In this document: positions 34,820 to 45,701 of the stretch, in pieces
Position numbering within the stretch: the first letter of the stretch is position 1
Layout of the letters: every line of letters starts with the position of its first letter
Origin: Ruminococcus bicirculans (ex Wegman et al. 2014)
GTDB taxonomy: Bacteria > Bacillota > Clostridia > Oscillospirales > Oscillospiraceae
Reading direction: 5' to 3'
Assembly: GCA_963649145.1 (NCBI GenBank)
Contig: CAVJGI010000002.1
Location: 4,105 to 68,104 of the forward strand
Length of the DNA: 64,000 nt
Notes under the pieces: generated by a model
What the model saw: the letters and a program-made list of their open reading frames with translations, nothing else
Databases searched by the model: none
What the model was told of the DNA's origin: nothing
Made by a program: the position numbers and the translations under genes

Positions 34820-36241
34820 TTAGCCCGCGCTGTACTTCGTCAGCATCTCGATCCAGCTGCCGACGGTGAAGGCGACGGAGGCGCAGTACTCAGGATCTTC
34901 GAGCACGAGCTTGCCGTCGGTGGTCCACCACTCATAGCCGTGGTCGTTCTTCGCGGCGAACTTGACGGTGGTGCCGTCCTCGTCCATACCGCCGATGGAG
35001 TGATGGAAGTTGGCCTCGGTCTCCTCGGCAACGATCGGGTTGCTGGAGTAGCCGCCCATGTCCTTGCCCCAAGCGGAGAAGCCGTCGGCGGTGCAGGTCA
35101 TGTAAGCGATGAAGGCGCAGGCAGTCCAAGGCAGGGGGCTGTTGTCGGTGACGAACAGATAGTGGCAGTAGCCGTAGCCGCCGATGCCCTCGTAGCCGTC
35201 CTCATAAGCGGCGACCTTGACGTTGTTGACGGAAACGGTAGCGGACTCCTCGACGGAGCGGAGCTTGGAGTAAACGATCAGACCGAACTGATCCTTCGCG
35301 GAAGCGTCCACGAGGGTGTTGCAGATCGGGCCGTCGTCGGTCTGGGCGTTGTAGCTCTCGACCCAGAGCTTGATCCACGCAAGGGCGTAAGCGCCGTCGG
35401 CGCCGAGACCGAGGTCAGCGGCCTCAGACTCCATCTCCTTGATGGTGGGCTCGAAGTAAGCCTGCTCGTCGGCGGGCAGAGCCTCATAGGACTCCTTCAG
35501 CCAAGCGGCATAGTCGTCGCGGGTCAGCATGTAAAGGAAGTTCTTGCCGACGATCTCGGAGTCGATGTCCATGAACAGGCCATGCTCGCCCTCGGCGATG
35601 AAGTCCCAGCAGTTGTCGTAGGTCTTGTCGCCGACGCAGTTGTACATGAAGACTTTGTTCAGGGTCTGGAGCGGCAGGAAGCCGGTGTAGTCCTCGGCGG
35701 TGGTGCCGTTGGCGTCAGCCCAGTCCTTCGGGATGAAGGTGTCCAGAATACCGGTCTGGACCATCTTGCTCTCGATCTGGTTGCCGTCCTGAATCAGGGT
35801 CATGGCGAAGGTTCCGGTGGTCTTCAGAGAGTCAGCGGTCAGCTGATCGAAGATCTTGTTGTTCTTCGGCTGCTGCCACTCGAACTGCATGTCGTAGCTG
35901 GAGTCGATGGTCTTCAGATACTCGATGAACAGGGGCAGAGCGCTCTTGCCGCGGCTGGAGTTGCCGACGCCGTAGAACATCTTGCCGTTGGATTCCTCGA
36001 TGGCTTTCTTGGCGAGCTCCTCAAGGGTCATGCTTTCGGCTTCCTTGATGATCTTCTGGACCTCGGTGAGGTTCTCCTCGACCTCAGGGGTCTTGGTCTC
36101 CTCAGGGGTCTTGTCCTCGCTGCCGCCGTTGTTGGTGGTGTCCGGGGTCTTGGTCGGGTCAGGCGTGTTGGTCTGTGTGCCGCAGGCGGCCAGAGCAAAC
36201 ACCATGACGAGCGCAAGAATCAGAGCAATGATCTTTTTCAA
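34820..36241 (-). CDS. extracellular solute-binding lipoprotein of the ABC importer
   Basis: TTG start at 36241, 7 nt after GAGGAGGA. Lipobox VFALAAC, with a Thr/Pro/Glu-rich linker. Confidence 0.8.
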   Translation of the reverse strand: MKKIIALILALVMVFALAACGTQTNTPDPTKTPDTTNNGGSEDKTPEETKTPEVEENLTEVQKIIKEAESMTLEELAKKAIEESNGKMFYGVGNSSRGKSALPLFIEYLKTIDSSYDMQFEWQQPKNNKIFDQLTADSLKTTGTFAMTLIQDGNQIESKMVQTGILDTFIPKDWADANGTTAEDYTGFLPLQTLNKVFMYNCVGDKTYDNCWDFIAEGEHGLFMDIDSEIVGKNFLYMLTRDDYAAWLKESYEALPADEQAYFEPTIKEMESEAADLGLGADGAYALAWIKLWVESYNAQTDDGPICNTLVDASAKDQFGLIVYSKLRSVEESATVSVNNVKVAAYEDGYEGIGGYGYCHYLFVTDNSPLPWTACAFIAYMTCTADGFSAWGKDMGGYSSNPIVAEETEANFHHSIGGMDEDGTTVKFAAKNDHGYEWWTTDGKLVLEDPEYCASVAFTVGSWIEMLTKYSAG

Positions 36242-36533
36242 AATAGTGTCCTCCTCATAAATTTTTGTCCGAAACGGCGAAAGCCGCCGTCCCAACGTCT
36301 TCATTCTACGGACTCGTTGCACAAATGAACAGTGGACGATCCTGCGTTATTTTGTGTTTCCCTGCGATTCTTTCAATTTTTGGCTTAAATTTTGTGAAAA
36401 AGTGTGATATAATCAGCCCGACGGGGCGGAGAAGTTGTATAAAACGTTCGGACGACCGGATTACATGTACGTTCTGAACGATATACAGCCGTCCGCCATG
36501 AACGGACAGAATTCGACATACGGAGAAACGACT

Positions 36534-37562
36534 ATGCGCGTAAAACGCAGCTTTATCCGCATATTGACCCTCGCGCTCGCGCTGCTGCTCCTCGCCGGCT
36601 GCGGGGAGAGCGCGCCGCAGGAGGACCTCGCCCCCGCGGAGAGCGAGCGCCTTGTGCTCTATACCTCCCATAAGCGCGAGGTGTGGTGGCCCATCGTGAA
36701 GGAATTTGAACAGCGCACCGGCATCTGGGTCGAGGTCGTCGAGGGCGGCACGAACGAGCTGCTCGAACGGCTCGAAGGCGAAAAGACCGCGCCGCGGGCG
36801 GACGTGATGTTCGGCGGCGGCGTGGAGAGCCTCGACGCCTGCCGCGCGCTTTTTGAGAGCTACACCTGCGAGGGAGCGGAGGAGATCCTGCCCGCTTACC
36901 GCGCCGCGGACGACGTGTGGACGCCGTTTTCCGCGCTGCCGGTGGTCCTTATCTATAACCCGAAGCTCGCCGCGCCCGGCGCGCTGACGGGCTGGGCGGA
37001 CCTGCTCGACGAGGCTTGGCGCGGGGAGATCGCCTTCGCCGATCCCGCCGTGTCCGGCTCCTGCTTCACCGCGCTCATGACCTTCGTCAGCGCCGTCGAC
37101 CTCGAAACGGACGCCGCGCTCCGCGCCTTCGCCGAGGCGCTCGACGGCGTGCAGCTCGGCGGCTCCGGCGAGATCGTCAGCGCCGTGTCCGGCGGCGAAG
37201 CCCGCGTCGGCGTAACGCTGGAGGAGACCGCCTGCAAGCGCATCGCCGCCGGGGACGAGATCGCGCTCGTCTACCCCGCGGACGGGACGAGCTGCGTGCC
37301 GGACGGCACCGCCGTCGTCGCCGGTGCGCCGCACGCGGAAAACGCCCGCGCCTTCGTCGACTTCACCATCAGCCGCGACGTACAGAATCTTCTGCAAAGC
37401 GCGCTGAGCCGCCGCTCCGTGCGCGCCGATCTGGACGCGCCGGAGGGCCTTCCACCGCTCGCGGACATCGCCATGGTCGACTATGACGTCCGCTGGGCGA
37501 GCGAGATGCACGAGTCGCTGCTGATGAGCTGGGAATTTTATTTCGGAGCGGAGGAGCCCTGA
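36534..37562 (+). CDS. Fbp/Afu-like periplasmic binding lipoprotein, probable co-sensor for the adjacent kinase
   Basis: Lipobox LLLAGCG. LVLYTSHKREVWWPIVKEFEQRTGIWVEVVEGGTNELLERL is the typical FbpA/AfuA-family N-terminus. It ends 1 nt before the kinase gene. Confidence 0.8.
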   Translation: MRVKRSFIRILTLALALLLLAGCGESAPQEDLAPAESERLVLYTSHKREVWWPIVKEFEQRTGIWVEVVEGGTNELLERLEGEKTAPRADVMFGGGVESLDACRALFESYTCEGAEEILPAYRAADDVWTPFSALPVVLIYNPKLAAPGALTGWADLLDEAWRGEIAFADPAVSGSCFTALMTFVSAVDLETDAALRAFAEALDGVQLGGSGEIVSAVSGGEARVGVTLEETACKRIAAGDEIALVYPADGTSCVPDGTAVVAGAPHAENARAFVDFTISRDVQNLLQSALSRRSVRADLDAPEGLPPLADIAMVDYDVRWASEMHESLLMSWEFYFGAEEP

Positions 37563-37563
37563 G

Positions 37564-39282
37564 ATGAAAGCAAAAAAACGCCGCTCTTACCGCAAACGGC
37601 TCAACGCCGCCTTCCTCGCCGTGTCGCTCGTGCCGCTGCTGCTCTGCTCCGCGCTGCTGCTCCAGATCTTCCGGCTTCGCACGGCGGCAGCCGCCCAGCA
37701 GACGGCGGAGGACCACCTCCTCGCCGCCTCCGCCGCGCTCGACACGCTCCGCACCGCGCTCGATGACGCCGCGGACGCCCTCCGGCGCGACGCGATCGTC
37801 CGCCTTGCGCTTACCGGCGCTTCGGACACCGCGGCGGTCTATGACCATATTTTCGACACGACAGAGTCCGTCCGCGCCATCGCGCGCGTGGACCTCTATG
37901 ATGCCGCGGGGCGCTGGCGCTATTCCACGCGCTCCGCGCCGCTCGCCACCTCGCTCCCGACGGACTGGGGCGTGCTCCACGCCGCGGCGGGCGCGGGACC
38001 GGACGGGCTCGTGCTCTGCGCCGCGGAGGAGAACGCCGGCGGCGACGCGCCGCTGCTCTATGCCGCCGCGATGCTCGCCGACAGCGCGGGGGACGCCGCA
38101 GGCTATCTTGTCGTGAGTTTAAGCGAGAGCCAGCTCCGCGCGCTGCTCGGCGCTTCCGCCGGCGCGCAGAACGAGCTGCTGGTGCTCGACGGCTACTGGC
38201 GCGCGGTCTTCTGCACCCAGCCGAGCCAGACGGAGACGCTCGCCGCCGCGCTGCGCGCCCAGCTGCTCTCCGGCGACCGTCTCGCGGGGCTCGGCGACGA
38301 CTTTAATTACACGGTCCGCCGCCACGCGGGGACCGGGCTCTCCCTTGTGCTCCAGCAGCCGCAGGTGTTTACCCACGCGACGGAGCGCATGCTCTATTCC
38401 ATCGGCGCGCTCTGCGGACTTGTCTGCATCGCGCTCAGCATCCTGCTGAGTCTCCAGCTCAGCCGCCAGATCTTCCGCCCCGTGGGGCGTCTCCACGACG
38501 CCATCGGGCGCGTCGGCGCGGACCATGACCTCTCCGTCCGCGTCCCGGTGCCGGAGGGGGAGACGGACGAACTCGCCGAGCTCGCCGAGCGCTTCAACGC
38601 CATGGTCGACTCGCTCCACCGCAACCAGCAGGCGCTGCTCGAAAACCAGCGTGCGCTCAACGAGGCGCAGATCCGCATGCTTCAGGCGCAGCTGAACCCC
38701 CATTTCCTCTGCAACACGCTGGACACGATGAAGTGGATCAGCAAGATCAATCAGGTGCCGCAGGTCGCCGTGATGAGCACGAACCTTGCGGATATCCTGC
38801 GCTTCTGCATCTCCCCGGCGGAGTTTGTCCCCCTCCGGCGGGAGCTCGAGATTCTGGAGCGCTACGTCGAGATCCAGCGCATCCGCCTCTCGGACAGTTT
38901 TAGTTACGGGTCTGATATACCATCGGAGCTTCTGGATGAAACCGTGCCGAAGATGCTGCTCCAGCCGCTTGCGGAAAACGCGATATTGCACGGGCTCTCC
39001 GGCGTGCCGGACGGCAGACTTTTCGTCAGCGCGCGGCGGGAGGGGGACGACCTCGTCATCCGCGTGCAGGACAACGGCCCCGGCTTCCCGCCGGAGCTGC
39101 TGGGACCCTACCAGCCGCCCGCGGAGCAGACGGGTCACCTTGGGCTGCTGAATGTGGACACGATTCTGCGCAAGCAATACGGTGAGGGCTTCGGCCTTTG
39201 CCTAGAAAACGCCCCGGAGGGCGGCGCGTGCATCACGGCGCGTCTCCCGGCTGCGGGGAAGAAGGAGGACGGACAATGCTGA
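37564..39282 (+). CDS. YesM/LytS-type sensor histidine kinase (HAMP + His_kinase + HATPase)
   Basis: Two TM segments flank a ~250-aa extracytoplasmic domain. Has a HAMP domain, QLNPHFLCNTLDTMKW and a GGACITARL ATPase end. Confidence 0.85.
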   Translation: MKAKKRRSYRKRLNAAFLAVSLVPLLLCSALLLQIFRLRTAAAAQQTAEDHLLAASAALDTLRTALDDAADALRRDAIVRLALTGASDTAAVYDHIFDTTESVRAIARVDLYDAAGRWRYSTRSAPLATSLPTDWGVLHAAAGAGPDGLVLCAAEENAGGDAPLLYAAAMLADSAGDAAGYLVVSLSESQLRALLGASAGAQNELLVLDGYWRAVFCTQPSQTETLAAALRAQLLSGDRLAGLGDDFNYTVRRHAGTGLSLVLQQPQVFTHATERMLYSIGALCGLVCIALSILLSLQLSRQIFRPVGRLHDAIGRVGADHDLSVRVPVPEGETDELAELAERFNAMVDSLHRNQQALLENQRALNEAQIRMLQAQLNPHFLCNTLDTMKWISKINQVPQVAVMSTNLADILRFCISPAEFVPLRRELEILERYVEIQRIRLSDSFSYGSDIPSELLDETVPKMLLQPLAENAILHGLSGVPDGRLFVSARREGDDLVIRVQDNGPGFPPELLGPYQPPAEQTGHLGLLNVDTILRKQYGEGFGLCLENAPEGGACITARLPAAGKKEDGQC

Positions 39283-40022
39283 GAGTTATGGTCGTGGAGG
39301 ACGAGGAGCTCATCCGCCGCGGGATCGTGCTCGCCGTGGACTGGGCGGCGCTGGACTGCGTCGTCGTCGGCGAGGCGTCCAACGGGGAAGAGGCGCTCGC
39401 GCGCGAAGCGGAGTGCCGCCCGACGCTCATCATCACGGACCTCAAAATGCCGCACATGGACGGGCTCGAAATGCTCGCGAAGCTCCGCGAGCGCGGCTGC
39501 ACGGCGCATGTCATCATCCTGACGGCTTACGATTCCTTTGCCTACGCCCAGACCGCGCTGCGCCTCGGCGCGGTGGATTTTCTGCTGAAGCCCTTCCACG
39601 ACGGCGACCTTGAAAATGCCGTGCTCGCGCTGCAAAAGCGCCTCGCCGCGCGGGAAAAGCCGCCCGAACCCGAACTCCCGCCGGTGCGGACGGACAGCCG
39701 CAGCCGCTATGTGCAGGAGGCAATGGACTATATCGGCAGGCGATATGCCTCGCCGGAGCTCTCCATCGCGGAGGTCGCCGCCGCCCTCGGCGTCAGCGAG
39801 GGGCACCTGAGCCACACTTTTAAAAAGGAGACCGGACTCACCGTCGGCGCTTACCTGACCCGCTGCCGCATCCAGCGCGCCATGGCGCTGCTGCGCGAGG
39901 GAAAAAAGCGCGTCTACGAGGTCGCGGAGGCGGTCGGCTACCGGGATATCACCTATTTTTCCGGCACCTTCAAAAAGGTCGTCGGCATGAGCCCGACGGA
40001 ATATCAGAACGCGGTAAAATAA
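39276..40022 (+). CDS. YesN-type response regulator (receiver + AraC HTH)
   Basis: VMVVEDEELIRRG...ITDLKMPHMDG receiver domain. C-terminal AraC HTH (YRDITYFSGTFKKVVGMSPTEY). Confidence 0.88.
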   Translation: MLRVMVVEDEELIRRGIVLAVDWAALDCVVVGEASNGEEALAREAECRPTLIITDLKMPHMDGLEMLAKLRERGCTAHVIILTAYDSFAYAQTALRLGAVDFLLKPFHDGDLENAVLALQKRLAAREKPPEPELPPVRTDSRSRYVQEAMDYIGRRYASPELSIAEVAAALGVSEGHLSHTFKKETGLTVGAYLTRCRIQRAMALLREGKKRVYEVAEAVGYRDITYFSGTFKKVVGMSPTEYQNAVK

Positions 40023-40027
40023 ACAGG

Positions 40028-40057
40028 GAGGAGGTCCGGGCGGACCTCCTCTTTTTC
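40028..40057 (+). terminator. intrinsic terminator after the response regulator gene
   Basis: GAGGAGGTCCG/CGGACCTCCTC hairpin followed by TTTTT. Confidence 0.7.
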
Positions 40058-40071
40058 CATGCAAGTTGGAG

Positions 40072-40100
40072 TTGAATTGCATCGCAAAAGCGTGTATAAT
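40072..40100 (+). promoter_or_regulatory. sigma-A-type promoter upstream of ybaK-uvrA
   Basis: TTGAAT, 17-nt spacer, TATAAT with a TG extension. Confidence 0.6.
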
Positions 40101-40140
40101 AGTAGACCGGATATTTTCCCGGAACGGGAGGTTTTTATTG

Positions 40141-40632
40141 ATGGCAAAGGAACAGAAAACGAATGTGATGCGCGTGCTGGAGCAGAAGAAGATCCCCTAC
40201 ACGGCGCTGGAATATCCGCATGACGAGGGCGCGGTGGACGGCGTGACCGTCGCGAAGCTGACCGGGCAGGACCCGGCGACCGTGTTCAAGACGCTCGTCG
40301 CCGTCGGCGCGAGCCGGACGAACTATGTCTTCGTCATCCCCGCGGCGCGGGAGCTGGACCTCAAAAAAGCGGCGAAGGCGGCAGGGGAGAAGTCCGTCGC
40401 CATGCTGCACGTGGCGGAGCTTCTGCCGCTCACGGGCTATGTCCGCGGCGGGTGCAGCCCGATCGGAATGAAAAAGCAGTTCCGCACGTTTTTCGACGCG
40501 AGCGTGGAGACGCTCGACCGCGTGTTCGTGAGCGCGGGGCGCATCGGCGCGCAGGTCGGCGTCGCGCCCGCGGCGCTGCTCGCGCTCGTGCGCGGGGAGA
40601 CGGCGGAGCTTTGTGTGGAGGATAAGGCATAA
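40141..40632 (+). CDS. ybaK: Cys-tRNA(Pro)/Cys-tRNA(Cys) deacylase YbaK
   Basis: [35 protein letters not shown]. Confidence 0.85.
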   Translation: MAKEQKTNVMRVLEQKKIPYTALEYPHDEGAVDGVTVAKLTGQDPATVFKTLVAVGASRTNYVFVIPAARELDLKKAAKAAGEKSVAMLHVAELLPLTGYVRGGCSPIGMKKQFRTFFDASVETLDRVFVSAGRIGAQVGVAPAALLALVRGETAELCVEDKA

Positions 40633-40634
40633 AG

Positions 40635-43466
40635 ATGCAGGACTCGATCATCATCCGCGGTGCGCGGGAGAACAATCTGAAAAATATCGACGTGGAGATC
40701 CCGCGCGACAAGCTCGTCGTCGTCACCGGGCTCTCCGGCAGCGGTAAGAGCAGCCTCGCCTTCGACACGATCTATGCCGAGGGCCAGCGCCGCTATGTGG
40801 AGAGCCTGTCGTCTTACGCGCGGCAGTTTCTCGGTCAGATGGACAAGCCCGATGTGGACAGCATCGACGGGCTTTCCCCCGCTATCTCCATCGACCAGAA
40901 GACCACGAGCCGCAACCCGCGCTCCACGGTCGGCACCGTTACGGAAATTTACGACTATCTCCGTCTGCTCTGGGCGCGCGTCGGCGTGCCGCACTGCCCG
41001 AAGTGCGGCAAGGAGATCCGCCAGCAGACGGTGGACCAGATCATCGACCAGCTCCTGACCCTGCCGGAGCGCGCGAAGCTCCAGATCCTCGCTCCGGTCG
41101 TCCGCGGACGCAAGGGCGAGCACGCCAAGGTCTTTGAGGACGCGCGCCGCGCCGGATTTGTCCGCGCCCGCGCGGACGGCAGCATGTTCGATCTCTCCGA
41201 GGAGATCAGGCTCGACAAGAACAAAAAGCACTCCATCGAGATCGTCGTGGACCGCATCGTCTTGAAGCCGGACATCACCCGCCGCCTGACCGACTCGGTC
41301 GAAACGGCACTGAAGCTTGCCGGCGGGCTCGTGCTCGTTACGGTCGCGGACGAGGCGGGGGAGCGGGAGCTCAGCTTTTCCCAGAACTACGCCTGCGAGG
41401 ACTGCGGCATCTCCATCGAGGAGCTGACGCCGCGGCTTTTCTCCTTCAATAACCCCTTCGGCGCCTGCCCGACCTGCGGCGGTCTCGGCGTCCAGCTTCA
41501 GGTGGACCCGGCGCTCATTATCCCGGACCCCGGCAAGTCGATCTTAGACGGCGCGATCACCGCCTCCGGCTGGGGCAACGTCCGCGAGGACACCATTTCC
41601 CGCATGTATTTCGACGCGCTCGCAAAGCGCTATCATTTCAAGCTCACGGACCCCGTGTCCAGCCTCTCCAAGGATGCGCTGGACGCCGTGCTTTACGGCA
41701 CGAAGGGCGAAAAGCTGGAGCTTTCCTATGAGCGCAAGAGCGGCAAGGGCACGCTGAGCCAGCCCTTCGAGGGCGTCATCACGAACTTAAACCGCCGCTA
41801 CCGCGAGACCCAGAGCGCCACGATGCGCGAGGATCTGGAGCAGTGCATGAGCGAGATCCCCTGCCCGGACTGCGCCGGACGGCGCTTAAAGCGCGAAGCC
41901 CTCGCCGTCACGGTCGGCGGGCTGAACATTATGGAGTTCACGGAGCTCAGTGTAGAAAACGAGCTGGCGTTCATCAATGATCTGCACCTTGAAGGTCAGA
42001 AGCTGATGATCGCGGGTCAGATTTTAAAGGAGATCCGCTCGCGGCTGGAGTTCCTCTCCAGCGTCGGGCTCTCTTACCTGACGCTCTCGCGCGCCGCGGC
42101 GACACTGAGCGGCGGCGAGGCGCAGCGCATCCGCCTTGCGACCCAGATCGGGTCGAGTCTGATGGGCGTGCTCTATATCCTCGACGAGCCCTCCATCGGT
42201 CTGCACCAGCGCGACAACGCGAAGCTGATCGCAACGCTCAAGCACCTGCGCGACATCGGCAATACCCTCATCGTCGTCGAGCACGACACGGACACCATGT
42301 ATGCCGCGGACCACATCATCGACATCGGTCCCGGCGCGGGCGTCCACGGCGGCGAGCTCGTCGGGCAGGGCACCGTGGCGGACATCTGTGCGAGCCCGCG
42401 TAGCGTCACGGGCGACTATCTGAGCGGCAGGAAGAAGATCCCCGTCCCGCCTTCTCGCCGGAGCGGGACCGGAAAATTCCTCACCGTCCGCGGCGCGGCG
42501 GAGAACAACCTCAAGAATATCGACGCGCGCTTTCCGCTCGGCGTGTTCACCTGCGTCACCGGCGTTTCCGGCAGCGGCAAGAGCAGCCTTGTGAACGAAA
42601 TTCTCTATAAAACGCTCGCTTCGCGCTTAAACCGCATGAAGGTCCGCCCCGGCAAGTGCGCCGGTGTGGACGGGCTGGAGAACGTGGACAAGGTCATCGC
42701 CATCGACCAGAGCCCGATCGGGCGCTCTCCGCGCTCCAACCCCGCGACTTATACCGGCATGTTCAACGATATCCGCGACCTCTTCGCCGAGAGCAGCGAC
42801 GCCAAGCTCCGCGGCTACGGTCCCGGCAGATTCTCCTTCAACGTCCGCGGCGGACGCTGCGAAGCCTGCGCGGGCGACGGTCTGCTCAAGATCGAGATGC
42901 ACTTCCTGCCGGATATTTATGTCCCCTGCGAGGTCTGCCACGGCGCACGCTATAACCGCGAGACGCTAGAGGTGCGCTATAAGGGCAAAAACATCGCCGA
43001 GGTGCTCGACATGACAGTCGAGGAGGCGGTCACGTATTTCGAGAACATCCCCAAGATCCGCGACCGGGTCCAGACGCTGCTGGACGTCGGGCTCGGCTAT
43101 ATCAAGCTCGGCCAGCCGGCGACGACGCTCTCCGGCGGCGAGGCGCAGCGCGTGAAGCTCGCGACGGAGCTCAGCAAGCGCAGCACCGGGCGCACGGTCT
43201 ACGTCCTCGACGAGCCGACCACGGGACTGCACATGGCGGACGTCCACCGCCTCATCGACGTGCTCCAGAAGCTCACCGACGCGGGCAACACCGTCATCGT
43301 CATCGAGCACAATCTGGACGTCATCAAATGCGCCGACCACATCATCGACCTCGGTCCCGAAGGCGGCGACAAGGGCGGGCAGATCGTCTTCACCGGAACG
43401 CCGGAGCAGTGCGCCGAGTGTCCGGAGAGCGCCACGGGCGAATTTCTGAAGGCAATGCTGGAATAA
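40635..43466 (+). CDS. uvrA: excinuclease ABC subunit A
   Basis: [48 protein letters not shown], two ABC modules and zinc-finger Cys clusters. Confidence 0.98.
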   Translation: MQDSIIIRGARENNLKNIDVEIPRDKLVVVTGLSGSGKSSLAFDTIYAEGQRRYVESLSSYARQFLGQMDKPDVDSIDGLSPAISIDQKTTSRNPRSTVGTVTEIYDYLRLLWARVGVPHCPKCGKEIRQQTVDQIIDQLLTLPERAKLQILAPVVRGRKGEHAKVFEDARRAGFVRARADGSMFDLSEEIRLDKNKKHSIEIVVDRIVLKPDITRRLTDSVETALKLAGGLVLVTVADEAGERELSFSQNYACEDCGISIEELTPRLFSFNNPFGACPTCGGLGVQLQVDPALIIPDPGKSILDGAITASGWGNVREDTISRMYFDALAKRYHFKLTDPVSSLSKDALDAVLYGTKGEKLELSYERKSGKGTLSQPFEGVITNLNRRYRETQSATMREDLEQCMSEIPCPDCAGRRLKREALAVTVGGLNIMEFTELSVENELAFINDLHLEGQKLMIAGQILKEIRSRLEFLSSVGLSYLTLSRAAATLSGGEAQRIRLATQIGSSLMGVLYILDEPSIGLHQRDNAKLIATLKHLRDIGNTLIVVEHDTDTMYAADHIIDIGPGAGVHGGELVGQGTVADICASPRSVTGDYLSGRKKIPVPPSRRSGTGKFLTVRGAAENNLKNIDARFPLGVFTCVTGVSGSGKSSLVNEILYKTLASRLNRMKVRPGKCAGVDGLENVDKVIAIDQSPIGRSPRSNPATYTGMFNDIRDLFAESSDAKLRGYGPGRFSFNVRGGRCEACAGDGLLKIEMHFLPDIYVPCEVCHGARYNRETLEVRYKGKNIAEVLDMTVEEAVTYFENIPKIRDRVQTLLDVGLGYIKLGQPATTLSGGEAQRVKLATELSKRSTGRTVYVLDEPTTGLHMADVHRLIDVLQKLTDAGNTVIVIEHNLDVIKCADHIIDLGPEGGDKGGQIVFTGTPEQCAECPESATGEFLKAMLE

Positions 43467-43488
43467 CGAGAGAAAAAACGGGGGAACC

Positions 43489-45696
43489 ATGGAAAACGGC
43501 TTTGACGAGCTCGTCGGCACCGTCGATGAGATCATCTATACCAACGAGGAAAACGGCTATACCGTGCTGCGTCTGGAGCGGGACGACGGCGAGACCGTCA
43601 CCGCGACGGGCTGTCTGCCCTTCGCCGCGCCCGGCGAGCAGCTCATGCTCTACGGGAGCTGGACGACCCACGCGACTTACGGCCAGCAGTTCCGCGCGGA
43701 ATACGCCGAGCGGAGCATGCCGCGCGGCGCGGAGGCGGTGTATGAATATCTCGCGAGCCGCGTCATCCGCGGCGTCGGACCCGCGACGGCGAGCGTCATC
43801 ATCTCCGCCTTCGGGGACAAGGCGCTGGACGTCATCGAAAACGAGCCGGAAAAGCTCGCCGGACTGCGCGGGATCAGTCTGAAAAAGGCGAAGGAGATGA
43901 GCGAGGCGCTCCGGCGTCAGCTCGGTCTGCGCCGGTTGATGGAGTTCCTGAACAGCCACGGTCTGAAGCCCCACTTCGCCATGCGGCTCTACCGCTCTTA
44001 CGGCGACCGCGCGCTCTCGCTCATTCAGGAAAACCCCTATATCCTCTGCGCGCCCCATATCGGCGCAGAGTTTTCCGACGCGGACACACTCGCGCTCGAC
44101 CTCGGTCTCGACGGGGACAGCCCGGAGCGCATCTCCGCCGCCGTCTGCTTTGAGCTCCAGCATAACGCCGGGAACGGCCATGTCTTCATCCCGCGCGAAA
44201 AGCTCATCCTTGCGACCGCCAAGCTCCTCAATATCGAGCCCGGGGCGGTGGAGAGCGGGCTCGACGAGCTGCTGCGCCGCGGCGACGTGGTGGAGCAGTC
44301 CGTCGCCGGCTGTGAGGCTTGCTATCTGAAGGACCTTTACGAAGCCGAGCGCAGCAGCGCAGAGCGGCTTTCCACCATGGCTGCGGCGCGCTTTTCCTGC
44401 AAGCAGGATTTTTCCGAGCTGCTCGGCGGCATCGAGCGCGCGCAGGGCATTACTTACGCACCCCAGCAGCGCAAAACGCTGGAGACCGCCTCCCGGTCCC
44501 AGCTGATGCTCATCACCGGCGGACCCGGCACCGGCAAGACGACGACGGTCCGCGCCATCATCGCCATGTATGAAACGCTGGGGCTCACGGTCCAGCTCGC
44601 CGCCCCGACGGGGCGCGCGGCAAAGCGCATGGCGGAGCTTACGGGCTGCGAGGCGGTGACGATCCACCGTCTGCTGGAGGCGGGCTATGCCGAGGGCAGC
44701 TTTGACCTCGTTTTCAAGCGTAATGCGGCAAATCCGCTGCGCTGCGACGCGCTCATCGTGGATGAGTGCTCCATGATCGACATCACGCTCCTCGCCGCGC
44801 TGCTCGCCGCGCTGCCGCGCGAGTGCCGTCTTATTTTAGTCGGCGACGCGGACCAGCTTCCGAGCGTCGGACCCGGCAACGTGTTTCTCGATATCCTGCG
44901 CTCGAACCGCGTTGCGGTCGTGCGCCTGACGGAAATTTTCCGCCAGACGGCGGACAGCCGCATCGTGCAGTACGCCCACCGGATCAACGCCGGCGAGCAT
45001 CCGCCCATTGCGGAGAATAAAGGCGACTTTTTCTTCATGCGCCGCCTGAAGCCGGACGCCGCCGTGCAGCTCATCGTCCAGCTCTGCGCCGAGCGGCTGC
45101 CGAAAAATATGCACATCCCCTCGGAGGAGATCCAAGTCCTGACCCCGATGCGCCGCGGCGGTGCGGGGGTCTATGCCTTAAACGCCGCGCTTCAGGCGGC
45201 GCTCAACCCGCCCGCGGAGGGCAAGCCGGAGAAAAAATTCGGCGAATTTATCTTCCGGCTCGGCGATCGGGTGATGCAAATCCGAAATAACTATGATATA
45301 ATATGGACCACCGCCGACCAGAAAACCGCCGGGACCGGCGTTTTCAACGGCGACATCGGCTATATCACCGCCATCGACCCCGCGCAGGAGACGCTCACCG
45401 TCGACTTCGACGGGCGCAGCGCGCTCTACGGCTTCGATATGCTCTCCGAGCTCGAACACGCTTGGGCGATGACGGTCCACAAATCGCAGGGCAGCGAATA
45501 CCGCGCCGTCATCCTCTGCGTCTGCGGCGCGCCGCGCCAGCTCGCTTACCGCGGCGTGCTCTATACCGCCGTGACCCGCGCGCGCGAGCTGCTCATCGCC
45601 GTCGGGGACGACGGGCTCATCGACCAGATGATCGACAACCACAAGCAGGCGCGGCGCTACAGCGGACTGCGCGCGCGGCTTGCCGAGGCGGAGTGA
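43489..45696 (+). CDS. recD2: RecD2-like SF1B ATP-dependent DNA helicase
   Basis: ITGGPGTGKTT Walker A, LIVDECSM, LVGDADQLPSVGPGNV and TVHKSQGSE motifs. Confidence 0.9.
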   Translation: MENGFDELVGTVDEIIYTNEENGYTVLRLERDDGETVTATGCLPFAAPGEQLMLYGSWTTHATYGQQFRAEYAERSMPRGAEAVYEYLASRVIRGVGPATASVIISAFGDKALDVIENEPEKLAGLRGISLKKAKEMSEALRRQLGLRRLMEFLNSHGLKPHFAMRLYRSYGDRALSLIQENPYILCAPHIGAEFSDADTLALDLGLDGDSPERISAAVCFELQHNAGNGHVFIPREKLILATAKLLNIEPGAVESGLDELLRRGDVVEQSVAGCEACYLKDLYEAERSSAERLSTMAAARFSCKQDFSELLGGIERAQGITYAPQQRKTLETASRSQLMLITGGPGTGKTTTVRAIIAMYETLGLTVQLAAPTGRAAKRMAELTGCEAVTIHRLLEAGYAEGSFDLVFKRNAANPLRCDALIVDECSMIDITLLAALLAALPRECRLILVGDADQLPSVGPGNVFLDILRSNRVAVVRLTEIFRQTADSRIVQYAHRINAGEHPPIAENKGDFFFMRRLKPDAAVQLIVQLCAERLPKNMHIPSEEIQVLTPMRRGGAGVYALNAALQAALNPPAEGKPEKKFGEFIFRLGDRVMQIRNNYDIIWTTADQKTAGTGVFNGDIGYITAIDPAQETLTVDFDGRSALYGFDMLSELEHAWAMTVHKSQGSEYRAVILCVCGAPRQLAYRGVLYTAVTRARELLIAVGDDGLIDQMIDNHKQARRYSGLRARLAEAE

Positions 45697-45701
45697 GCGC
45701 G

